Origin: Basidiobolus meristosporus CBS 931.73
Lineage: Eukaryota > Fungi > Basidiobolomycota
Length of the DNA: 64,000 bases
Reading direction: 5' to 3'
NCBI GenBank assembly: GCA_002104905.1
Contig: MCFE01000439.1
Location: 10,442-74,441, forward strand
The notes under the pieces were generated by a model, which was not told the origin of the DNA, did no database searches, and worked only from the letters and a program-made list of their open reading frames with translations. Positions 1 to 11,427 of the stretch are shown here, one piece after another (the first letter of the stretch is position 1; each line of letters opens with the position of its first letter). The position numbers were made by a program, and so were the translations under genes.

Positions 1-50
1 ATGAATTACACGGCCATGTGACAGGCAACTTACTTTTCCACTGCAATATA

Positions 51-1636
51 GCAGGAAGAACATCGTTCACCTTATGGCGGAGTCTCACCAAGCAAAAGAT
101 TGATATCCGAATCCGAGCTCTCTCCTAACAAAAGACACTCTCCATCCAAATCGGCCTACAATCGCAACAATCTTGGTATTGGCAAACCAGCATTCGCCAA
201 CTTTTACGAATCTACTAACCTAGAATCTGTGCTTAGTCAATGACACAACGATAGTAAGCACTACTAATGGATATCCCAACGCGACGGCTCTCGAAAAAAG
301 TGTAAGCAGTCAAGTTGGATGGCGCTCATTGATTCGATTTCTTACGAGCAATATGGTTTAGATGTCATTGCCTCAATCAGACGGCACATACGCTAATTCC
401 AATAGAAATCACAGTACTTATCAAGCACATGAGCCTGCTTTGAGTGTCCCAGAATATCGTGGATCGCAGGTATGTGAAGTATTGCGGAAAGCCTTCCCAA
501 AAGTTCACTAGTAACCTTCACCGACACAGCCTTTCTACCAGCCGTTGAAGGCTGACGAACCTAACGCCTTCTCAAAAAAATATCAATCTATGGTACGTTT
601 AACCTGAGGGTGCTCTTGGATTTCTTACTTATACTCTAGTTTCTAGCAAGATCCCAAGGTCAAGCGGAATGCCACCCATGCCTATATAGCTTACATGATA
701 TACACAGACCGACTTCAGCCAAAGGTAAGGCCCATTAATAGCCAACACCAATAGACACGTCTAATCTAATGAGCTTAATAGGATGCTGACCTCAAAGCCA
801 GTAAGTCGACAGCTAGTGGATCATCTGCAGATCTGACTCAGCCAACCAAGCCTACATTGGATCAGTATGGTCACCCCGGCCATTTACACAACCATCCTTA
901 CCCTTATACACATAACCATGGCCACTCCCAACACGCTCATACACACGTTCATCCTACACACAATCACCCACCACAACATAGCCACGCAACTCACCAGCAC
1001 CATACTCACCAACACCAACGCCCTCATTCTCACCCCCATACCCACCAACACCAGCATCTTTACCATCACCATCACTCCCATGACCAACGTAGTCAGCCCT
1101 CGCAGGCCACCACTCAGCCCTACAATGGCAATCCGCAGGCTGATTCCAGGTTTTCCCGAAATCCGAGTAGATATGAGCCTCGTGATAGTACGGCTAGTAC
1201 GTATTATCAGTCGTATGAGGTACCAAAGCTCAAAGATCTGGAAATAACTAGCTCTTTCTAACCATGACCATTCACATAGCGTTCATCTGGGCCACCATAC
1301 ACGCAATCGTCTGGACAAACTGCAGCCTCTCGCTCAACACCAACAGGTTTTCCTCTCGACAGCAATTACGGATCCCCCTATCGCAGAGATAGCACCAGCT
1401 CCAGTACATATGCACCAGGGGCTTATTCCCAAACATCCAACACCCTGCCCTCAGCTTACCCTTCTGACATGCGTTATTCGCAATCTGGGAGAAGCTACAA
1501 TGCCCACTCTCCACAGATGTCTCCAAGAGCTCAAACGGATAGCAGATACACGCAGAAAAGTATGAATACGTCTCAATCCTGGCAACCAGACCCGTCGAAT
1601 TATTCAGGCCAGGGTAGGCCGCCATACCGCACATGA
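51..1636 (+). CDS. Multi-exon hypothetical protein with His-rich tract; 5' end lies outside the window
   Basis: Consecutive GT..AG introns (e.g. 302-361, 1221-1280) join an open frame containing QDPKVKRNATHAYIAYMIYTDRLQPK, a His-rich tract and a Ser/Tyr/Pro-rich tail ending at TGA 1634-1636. No family recognised. Confidence 0.7.
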
Positions 1637-2777
1637 GTCACCACCTCTCCCAACGACGGCCGGCATTTTGGAAGAAAGCATAATCACAATCATCACAGTT
1701 GACTAGTCAAACTAATTATTTACCTTGCAAATACTCGCCTCCTGGTTCATTGAATCGATCTTTTTTATTTCCAGAGAGGGAAGAGAGATGTGAGGGCACT
1801 TGGTAAACCGACCTTCTCATCCTCTAGTTGATATTTTCTACCCTATACATTCTATTCCCCCAACACGACCAGACTTATTCTTGTATATACTTTCTATAAA
1901 AATGGGAGCCATTGGCTTATGAATGAATGTCGATCGAGTTCTCAGTTGTTTTATGATTTCCTAAGTCTCCACTTTCCTTGCCCTGTCTTAACGGATGGGG
2001 GAAATCAGTGATAGGGCTCTAAGCAATCCTTTAACCTCACAAGACATGATTATAGACTCTCTATACCAGCTTTACAGGTTAAATTGTTATGAGAAGATTC
2101 AAATTCCAATAATCTTTTGACATAGATCGGAAGTGAAGTCTCTACTTCCCAGGAAACCGTACTGTACCACCAATGATGACTCAAGTTTGATGTAGAACTG
2201 ATCGGATCAGAGGAAATAAAATGAATTATCATGCTTTCTCAGCTTTGATAAAGAACAGTCAGTTATCGTTGAAATCGGCAAGCCGTCGGATTCTTACCTG
2301 CAATTTATCCAGCACATTGAACTGGACAACCCATCAGAATCCCATTATTGAATACGTGTTGGCTAGCCTATCTAATACATCAATTAGCAGAAATTCTCTG
2401 ATATACAAGTTGGCATCCGGAAAATCGTTAGAATGACTAGATATATGCGTTGTCACCATCATTATTGTACACGCCGAATATAGTCGGAAAAGGCCCGCTG
2501 TTTAAAGAATAACAAAAAACCATTTGGCAAGATAGGAGTATTTGGTCATGTTACTACAGATAGGTAAGTTCTTCCATTAGGTTACTGTGATCTAGGTCGT
2601 GACTAGTAGAATCGGGAAAAGGGGAAATGGTTATCCGAAGTCCTCTTCTTCCTGGAGTTGTATTCCTTCCCGCTTGAGTATTAACTTGGCAGTTACATTA
2701 ATGAAACTACCAAGTTAAATTTAATGGGTTAGGGTAGTTATTATCAATTTGTTTTTATTTTATTCGCATAACAAGAA

Positions 2778-2849
2778 GCCTGCTTAGCGCAGTGGTAGCG
2801 CGTCAGTCTCGTAAACTGAAGGTCGCCGGTTCAATCCCGGCAGTAGGCA
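2778..2849 (+). tRNA. tRNA-Thr(CGT)
   Basis: 72-nt cloverleaf: acceptor GCCTGCT/AGTAGGC, D stem GCGC/GCGC, anticodon arm TCAGT-CTCGTAA-ACTGA, T arm GCCGG-TTCAATC-CCGGC. Confidence 0.95.
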
Positions 2850-3230
2850 TTCATTTACAGTTGTACCCTTCAACGAAAGGTTCCTCATAAGGGAATCTTT
2901 TGCATACAAAAAAGGCTCATTGATCCCCAAATAGCTGTGGAAAGATTTTTACATCACTTTACCACTTCGATGTATTCTCTACATGGCCACCAGTATGGGA
3001 ATTATTTAGATACACCAACAAAAACCGTACCCTCATGGAATGGAAATCCCGTCAAACTCGAACATGTCTGGTGAAACGTAGGTATACTTTACTTTACTTT
3101 CAAATCATATCTCCAATACAATAACAGATGCTGATACCATATTTTAAGTAATCTAGGATATTGTTGCTGGCCTATACTTTCGAATCCTACTCTAATGTGC
3201 TCTTTGTTCATCAAGGTACTAACCTAGTAG

Positions 3231-4477
3231 TTAGGGGCAGGCTGGAGCATTCCAGGTACCTGGGAGAGTGGCGAATCCTTGAGTCCAGTAGTTTCCTGGT
3301 TGTGCAAGTGCTGCTCCCATGTGGGTGAACGACGGATTGAGAATGTTGCGACGGTGTGCTATATGGATGGGAAATGGTCGTGTTAGTGATCACCATTCAA
3401 CGCTTTCATGTCTCACTCATGCTCGTGCTCGTGCTCAACTCAAACCAACACAGTGCCCTGGAATGGAGTGGATCAGGTTTGCTCACTTGACCATCGGGAT
3501 GGGATGGGATAGAGTGGGATAGGGTGGGATAGAATGGAGCGGAATGAGATGAATCTGATTAGACTCAACCCAATCCATTCTCCCCTACTCCATCCAGTTA
3601 TCCCCCAGTGTGGCCATTCATCCCCAATCTCATTCGGATATCTTTGACCGCGATCGTGAAAACCAGATCTGCATCGCATCCAGGACACTGCACCTCGATC
3701 GGCCTCGACTCAAGCCAGCTCACTCGGAGATTGGGCTCAACTTGGAACCCATCCAACCATCCTAGCTAGTGAAATGCTCTACTTACGTGGTGAGTGCATC
3801 CAGACATTCATCACTACCTCTTCGGTTTGCTGGCCACGTGCCACATTCTCACCATACTGTGTCCACTTTAGTCCATGCTCATTGATGGCCTTGTCCATGG
3901 GCGAGTGGTCATATCTGTCATGGGTCATTCGGTTGTATTGGGCCTGCATGAGCGAGTGGCGGTGGCATACATCGTTCAGCTCACTAGTCGTTGAAACTTG
4001 GTTAGCATGGTGTTCATCCATCTTATCCGTGGCTACCCTATAAGAGAGCTGGAGGGAAGGGTGGTGGTGACAATCATGGTTGTCAATGCGAAGCGGTGAG
4101 AGGCAGAAGGCGACCACTGTATTTGCAGAGGTGACCGCGGCAGTTGATATGATGAAACTGTCGTTGTCAGGGCTAACTCCAACATCAACACCAACACACC
4201 AACACTTACACCAATGCGGACACACTACCTGCTCACCAAGCCTTGGCCATCTTTGAGTTCCTCACACCGCTCTATTAAGCAACCACCCATTCTCCTCCCC
4301 TCTTGATCTCTGCCATATGATGAAATCGCATCCACTCACTTGCTCAGCACCAGTGGGCGAAGTCCCTGATTGGCTCTCTCCTTGTTGACCAGACAGATGA
4401 GTCCTGGCTGGGGAGAAAGCTTGAGCGTAGGTGGCCAAAGCGAGAGCAGCAACAGAAACGGAAAAGAAGCACTTCAT
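3231..4477 (-). pseudogene. Secreted CAP/SCP (PR-1-like) gene, copy A, with +1 frameshift in exon 1 (pseudogene or assembly error)
   Basis: Reverse-complement near-copy of 11470-12736. An extra base at 4403/4404 changes ARLICLVNKER to ARTHLSGQQ. Stop TAA at 3231-3233. Confidence 0.8.
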
Positions 4478-4519
4478 TTTGGTATTGATGGGAAAGCAGA
4501 TATTAGATATCGAGTTGAT
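3231..4519 (-). repeat. Left arm of a ~1.3-kb inverted repeat (partner 11428-12736)
   Basis: Base-by-base comparison shows near identity across exons and both introns, with only scattered substitutions and small indels. Confidence 0.95.
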
Positions 4520-5427
4520 GGTGTATCTATTTCGTGCGCTGACAGTTATATAGGCTGGACTCTAAAACGCAAGCACAGGAATGCAGAAGATCGTACCAAC
4601 TATTTCTAGTCGACCTGCAAATTGGGATGCACGTAACACATTGTTGAATCTATGTTAGTTTTCGTAGGCAGATGGAGTGGCAAGCAGGTGAAAGTTGAAT
4701 TGTTGTTTAAGTAACCTTCATACTCATAAGGCGTTTCAGTGAAGCACGCTTGTAAAAACTCGTGCATCCACAAATACGTGCCCCTCAACAAGGCTTGAGA
4801 TCTGGACACGACAATCTATATCCAGTGTAGGATCGTAACACAAAACTGGTTTGTTGTGTAACGCACAGGATCTGTCACAGTCCTTCTAAATACAGACTGA
4901 CTACCATTCACATCTAAAAATAAGCATTCATGTGATACAATCAGGAATAAGTGGCCAATACTTATATAGCAAGCAAGGCTTTTTTTGTACAGGATTGATG
5001 ATTGATTGGTTCGCCAGATGATAGGGTTTGGTAGATAATAGCTCAGGGATTCTTCAAAACCAAGTTATTCACGAATCGCAACATGTAGAATATGATTGTT
5101 CTGAAGACTCAAGATTCGCCAAGACGAGTTCAATTTGATTGGTGTAATACTCCGGTGTGGAAATGAACTTACTGACATTACTTTCCGAAAAGGCCCAGTC
5201 GTGGCGTCATTGCGAGACAGACAAGCCCCAGGGTAATTATCAATCCTTTCGAGTAGTCCAAGGAAACCAAGTGACTGGGATGCTGCTGGATTCTACCAAA
5301 TCAGCAACGAGAGAACTGGGTATTGAGATCGTGCGTGGGACCGTCCGAATTGGGAATCGCAGTTTTCGCAAACTTAATATAAACCAGCCCGTCGCTTACT
5401 TCAAATCACTATCACGAGTTGAAGAAA

Positions 5428-6638
5428 ATGGATGACAAGTATATTGGCCTGTGTTTGGCTGCTTCCTCCAGCGTATTGATAGGTGCCAGCTTTATCCTCA
5501 CAAAGAAAGGACTCATCGCCTCCAGCAATGATGGTACTCTCTCTCTGTTTAAGGTCATGCAGCCCTGAAGATTTACTAAACCACTGAACGAATAGGACTT
5601 GCCAGAGGTGATTCTTATTCCTACCTGAGAAACTCTACCTGGTGGGCTGGAATGGCTACAAGTAGGTGGCAATTATCCCCATAGCCTTTGAGGCCATATC
5701 TAACATTGATTTCCAGTGATACTGGGCGAGATCACCAACTTCGCTGCTTATTCTTTCGCGCCTGCCATTCTTGTAACACCTTTAGGTGCCTTAAGCGTGC
5801 TGATAAGGTAATTAAATGTCAGCGTGGTACTCATGTGAATCGGATTGCTAACATCTCTTTAGCGCTGTGCTAGCTTCCTGGTTCTTACACGAGCGGCTCA
5901 GTTCATGTGGCAAGGCTGGGTGTGCTTTGTGCTTAGTGGGTTCTATAATCATCGTTTTGCACTCACCTGAAGATAAAGAAATCGTTTCAGTGGATCAAAT
6001 TCTACAGCTCGCACTTCAGCCAGGTATATAGAAGCCAGTATTCCTTGACCGTATTCAAAACTAACCGAAGATATCTAGCTTCCCTGGGATACTGTTCACT
6101 AGTGCTAGCAGTGACTATATTCCTGATTTACCGACTGGCACCCAAGTACGGGAAGAGCAACCCTTTAGTTTACCTTACAATATGTTCCCTAGTGGGATCA
6201 GTGAGTGTAATGGCAGTCAAGGCCTTTGGTATTGCGCTGAAGCTGACCATTGAGGGCTCGAATCAATTTACCCACCCATCAGTGTATGTCTTCATAGGAG
6301 TAGTTGTAGTCTCGGTATTGACGCAGATGAACTACTTCAACAAGGCATTGGATATCTTCTCGACAAACATTGTGACGCCTATATATTACGTGTTCTTCAC
6401 TACAGCCACCATCGTGGCATCGGCGATTCTATTCCAGGGATTCAACGAAACCAACCCCGCCAACCTTGCATCACTCTTTTGCGGCTTCTTCACAATCTTT
6501 ATCGGAGTATTCCTGTTGAATTACAAGGAGGGTGGCTGTGTGCCTGACAGGTTACCTGTGCATACAGTGGATGACAAACTGAGCTTATCCACCTTGCGAA
6601 TTCTCAGCTCTTCCGACAGCGAGGATGAGGCTTATTGA
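5428..6638 (+). CDS. NIPA-family magnesium transporter (multi-exon)
   Basis: [29 protein letters not shown]; [21 protein letters not shown]; [27 protein letters not shown]. Confidence 0.92.
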
Positions 6639-6837
6639 GGTTCATCTCATCAACCCAAGCTGGATTTGTAACATAGCTAATTCACCATGCACATCTTGAT
6701 TATACTACAATCTGACGAACTAGAATACACTGCATTTCATAATAAAATGATTTCCGTAATACACGAATTCTCGCAGCCTGGAGAATGGTAGTGATGGATA
6801 CGTGCGGTTTATTTAATATCCACATAAATAGGTTAGA

Positions 6838-7403
6838 TTAACGAGATTTACGTAAGAGACTAGCAAGGATTGCCCCACCGACAGCAATAGCAGTTCCAAC
6901 AATCCCAATCCCAATGATTCCCTCTGGAAGAAAAGGTTTGGTTAAATAGGCGCGTCTGTTGCAAAACCGTATCTCCACCTTACCTTTGGCTATCTGGCTA
7001 TCAATGGTTTCGCTCAATTCCTGAGCTTGACGATTGCCAGGTTGTGAGTCAAGCAGAGTTCGCACAAATCGGCGAGCCTCAGTATAGTTTCCTTGCTTGT
7101 AGTAGCCAATGCTTAAATAATACAGACATTCTATCCGTCTGGAAGGCTCGGTATTGTATATCTCACCAAGAAGGTGCGTTCCTTCTAACTGTTGGCCATG
7201 CTTACGGGATTTTATTAGTCCCCAAGCAAAGTTGAATTTCTTTTGGACGGAGGTTGCATCTTGCTCGTACTGTTTGCGTAATAGCTACAGGAGGGGAAAG
7301 TTAGTAAACCTGCTGAAGGAGCATTTGACATTCATAATCAGACGTTTAATTCGGCAGTGGAAAGTGGCACTTCTGCTTCTAGTAAGGTAGGTAGCTTGGA
7401 CAT
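6838..7403 (-). CDS. FIS1: Mitochondrial fission protein Fis1 (multi-exon)
   Basis: MSKLPTLLEAEVPLSTAELN|LLRKQYEQ..KFNFAWGLIKS (TPR-like); C-terminal membrane anchor GIIGIGIVGTAIAVGGAILASLLRKSR. Confidence 0.9.
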
Positions 7404-7681
7404 GGTCAGGTTAGCTTTGATTACGATGTAGACTGTGACTAGAGTGGGGACTTTAATCGTGATTGCCAATTTTATATCCCTATTCTGGAGCCCCCTTTAT
7501 TCACTGGATGATTCCTCGTCAGAATTGAACCTCAAATTGTCCCACCAGAAGTGATTTCGGAGTTCATTACCAACGCTAAAAAATCGCCGCTGTAAAAAAA
7601 AATAAAAAAAACCCAGTTAACACTGGATTTGCCAGTGGTTCTAACATTGCAGTCTCCCTCTGTTTACCTCCAACATACATC

Positions 7682-8630
7682 ATGGCCTCCCCATTGGATC
7701 CCAAACAGGTAGACGAGCTATGCAGCATATCGTATCGTAGAAGCCAATCATTAATCGCTCCGACACTTTGTTCCTAGACCTTGAAGGCAACCACCGCCCT
7801 TCTTAAACATGTATCGGAAACCAACGAGAAGAATCAAACCGAACTTCTCCAAGACGATGAACCTGTGTGGTTAGTCATTACTACCAAACGCTTCACTGAG
7901 AAGAGCAACATCAAACCCACAAAGATGTAAGTCGCTGCGAGCAAAGCACTGTAGAATAGTCCGCTAAACATACCACTTGTACAACAGTCCACTTCGACAT
8001 CCTTTTTTGAATCAGGGAGTAGATATTTGCTTGTTTACCAAGGATCCTCAGAAAGAATACAAGCAACTTTTGGAGAAAAAAAACATCAAGCAGATATCCA
8101 AGGTACAATATACTGAGCAGCAGAGTAGCCTTGTATCAAGACTAATTCGGAACCTTGTTTGAATGTAGGTGATTGGAATCTCCAAGCTTAGAGCCAAGTA
8201 CAAGACCTACGAGGCCAAGCGCACTCTTTGTCAATCCTATGGGCTTTTCCTTGCTGACGCCCGTATCATTCCCATGCTTCCCAAATTGATCGGTAAAAAG
8301 TTTTTCGAGCGCAAGAAGCAGCCAGTTCCCATCAACCTTACATCAGGAAACCTTGAAAAGGAACTTCAAAGCATTCTGCACTCTACATACATGTTCAAGC
8401 CTAGCGGTACATGTATGTCTATCAAAATTGGCGTAAGCTCACAATCGGGTAGCCAAATAGCTGAAAATATAGAACATGCGATCAATCATATCGTTGAAAG
8501 AATCCCTAAAAAATGGAAGAACATTCAAAGCTTACATATCAAAACCACTGCATCAGTATCCTTGCCTATCTTTAACTCTCTTCCAGATGAAGTTAGTTCA
8601 ATTCAGATCAGGCCGGTTAAATCTGAGTAG
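7682..8630 (+). CDS. RSL1D1: Ribosomal protein L1 domain-containing protein (RSL1D1/Utp30/Cic1-like)
   Basis: KLRAKYKTYEAKRTLCQSYGLFLADARIIPMLPKLIGKKFFERKKQPVPI; KKWKNIQSLHIKTTASVSLPIF. Confidence 0.88.
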
Positions 8631-9059
8631 TGTCCATTCCTGTTATTGTTCAATCGCTGTAATACTACTCGTTTCTTTTAGTATTAATAAATATAGAATC
8701 ACGACCTATGAGGCTTTGCCATACATAATATCGTGTTTGGTTGACGATTAGTTCGTTGTTGGATGTTCGATGTGAATGTGTTGAAACTTTTCCATCATGA
8801 TTCGGTTCATCTAAAGAGAAACCCCGTCAGAGAAGGGGACATAGGAGTTGTGGGTGGCTTGTTTATAAGAATACGATGAGGCTCCTCTCGCTTCCTCTGT
8901 CTTTTACCTACCCATTGATACTGTATTCTTGAATTCATATTTATGGTGTGGTTTTTATGCTAGTTGGCACAACATGGAATTTAAGATTTGTTCCCGATTG
9001 ATTTCAGTTATTTTGGTAAGTGTTTGGTTAATATCATGTGACACCTCACAGTAAACAAG

Positions 9060-9131
9060 GCCTGCTTAGCGCAGTGGTAGCGCGTCAGTCTCGTAAACTG
9101 AAGGTCGCCGGTTCAATCCCGGCAGTAGGCA
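9060..9131 (+). tRNA. tRNA-Thr(CGT)
   Basis: Identical to 2778-2849; followed by a TTTTT Pol III terminator. Confidence 0.95.
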
Positions 9132-9720
9132 CTTTTTACAGTCCGCTATAGCGAAGGGTCCTTTTTGTTGTGAGGAAATCTTGAACAAATAATTAATTTA
9201 TTAATTTTATTATTGATTAAGAACATTGTTTTATTTCCAAAATGCCTACTCCTCATGAGGGTATAATAATAATACTGGACGAGAGCATACTGACAATTAG
9301 AGCATATATATGGTGGTGGCGCTAAAGCATATAAACTGAATATTTGGCAAAGCAGAGTCAAAGGGGTATTTAGGTAATCGACAAGCGTGTAAAAAGCGAT
9401 AATAGATTTTGAAATAATGTCACGAGGGCTCATCATAGTGGTATTAAAGATCACAGCAAAGCCAAAAATGACATATGCAATGATCATATGGAGGACGATC
9501 CGAAATAATGCTATATTAGTATCTAGATAAGGGTACAGTATTGTGCAAAAATAGCATTGCCTCACAGCTAGCAAAAAGCCACTCAGCAGATAGGAATTCA
9601 GAAATCTGGTATAAATGAGCAAGTAAAAAATAGAGGAAGCGCGAGAAACCCTACTGTGTTTTTGTTAATAAGAAACCCGTGACTTCCATCGATCCCTTCT
9701 CTGACGAGTTTTCCCTTGAG

Positions 9721-10223
9721 AAGAGCCGAAATACGACAGCGGTAGTGGCAACAAAACTACGAAATCAAACTCTCCGGTTCGATCAAAGGATAGCGCTAAG
9801 ACAAGCGCCGCAAAATTGATGAGCAGCACCTACGTAACTCCAGAGGAAACTTTTAGTTTCATCAAGGGCAACTGCTCGAGAGATATTACAACTTTTCCCT
9901 TCAAAATCGCAGGTGAATTCTTGCTTAACCAATGTAGCTGGAGTGGTGGCTCGTATGACCAGTATCGAGAACGGCATCAAGAATACGGTTGTGTATTGCT
10001 GGCTAATGCTGCTCGGTCTAGATTGTGCAAAAAAGATGTAAATTTTGATAATGCATGTAGCTTTTTTTATGAAAAAAATATTCCGTTTTGTGCTGACTTC
10101 GAGGATTTCAACTTTATGGTTAGATTTACAGGTAGAAGCGTGAATGGTCATAGTCCAAGCACTTCTGTAGGAAAAGTGACACTGTTGCTTCTTGCCTTTT
10201 TTGCTTCTTCGTCATTTTTATAA
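9721..10223 (+). CDS. Last exon of a probable Cys-rich, GPI-anchored or membrane-tethered hypothetical protein
   Basis: Open frame from about 9721 (possible branch CTGAC 9701, AG 9719-9720) with several Cys, a Ser/Thr spacer and hydrophobic C-terminus VTLLLLAFFASSSFL. 5' exon not identified. Confidence 0.45.
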
Positions 10224-11427
10224 ACAAATATATCAATAACCCCCTATAGCAGTAGAGAGTTGTAGAGTAATTTTATTCAGCAGCTGCTAAACGCTCACAA
10301 TATGGTATTGCAGCAACTAGGCCCAGTTACAGAAACCCTCGGGTGGTGAGCTTACTCCCTGAGGCCAAGTTGCCCATACCTAACATTTACTGAGGACAAT
10401 GTGTGGCGAATGAGATAGACGCACGGTTATTCTTTGTAAGGAGTCATGGCAATGCCACCTATCTAACTTCCATACAAACAGTGAAATTATACAATACTTC
10501 TATCATGGAATAGTGCTGAACATAAGCCCAGCAATTACACCGAGTTGGCCCGAGATACGTATGCATCCGAGTCCTGAAATACTATACCTCAGGTCCTTTA
10601 CATGACCAAAGATGAAAAAGATCAGGCCCACACAAGGGCTAAAGCCACGAATTCGTACAGAAGTAAGGATTTGGCACCCTGACTCTCTTGAATAAGCGGT
10701 ATCCATCGTGAAAAAGGCGAGTCAGGAGAACCCAGAGTCCAGTCAAGAAGGATATGGTAGCTCTCCCATCAAAGCTGTACAACTGTTGGGGTGATCCAAC
10801 GGATACAGAGATAGAAAGAGAAAGTACGATGCAATAATGATGCCTGTAGAACTCCTGGTAGGTGACAAAACAATGAAATTCGTGTTACGCTAGTCAACAA
10901 AAAATTCGCTAGACAGGTTTAAAGGAGTTGCCCAAAAACAGATCCTAATATGTGTTAGTTATCAGACTGCATTTTGGCATTCTTATCACTGGATTGAAAC
11001 GACATGTGTGAAGTCTGCTTTTCAACTGCATAAAGCTAGCTAATATAGGAAGCGATTGAATTTAATCGAACAAATCACGAATCAAGTGAATTTTAATCGT
11101 ATCAACAATGTCAGGTTGATTTCTCATTCTAGAATGCACGTTCTACGTGCATGTCATAACCCAACACTGCAAATCAGAATGTGCACCATGTGTGTCATAA
11201 CCAAAGTTCGTGTGGACTCACATTAGGTATATCTCGATGGGTTGATATATGAAAACGACAATCACATTATTGTACATACATCAGATCGTTTCCACCATTG
11301 ACGTGCTCTGTTTAGATGTTCAGCTGGTCAGGCAGTCATTGGGGTGCGCAACAATGATTTTGCAATTGCCTTGCTGTGGAGTACGGGAAGAAAACAGTAT
11401 AAATTGGCTGGTCGCGCTTCTATGAAA

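Noticed and set aside
2960-3220. Exon-like fragment between tRNA-Thr and CAP copy A
   Set aside because: It has splice-like signals but several stops and no identifiable homology.
10300-11330. Short ORFs upstream of CAP copy B
   Set aside because: No convincing splice structure or family similarity.
4520-11427. Mating-type locus switching by inversion
   Set aside because: No HMG-box, homeodomain, alpha-box, pheromone or receptor gene is recognisable between the inverted repeats.
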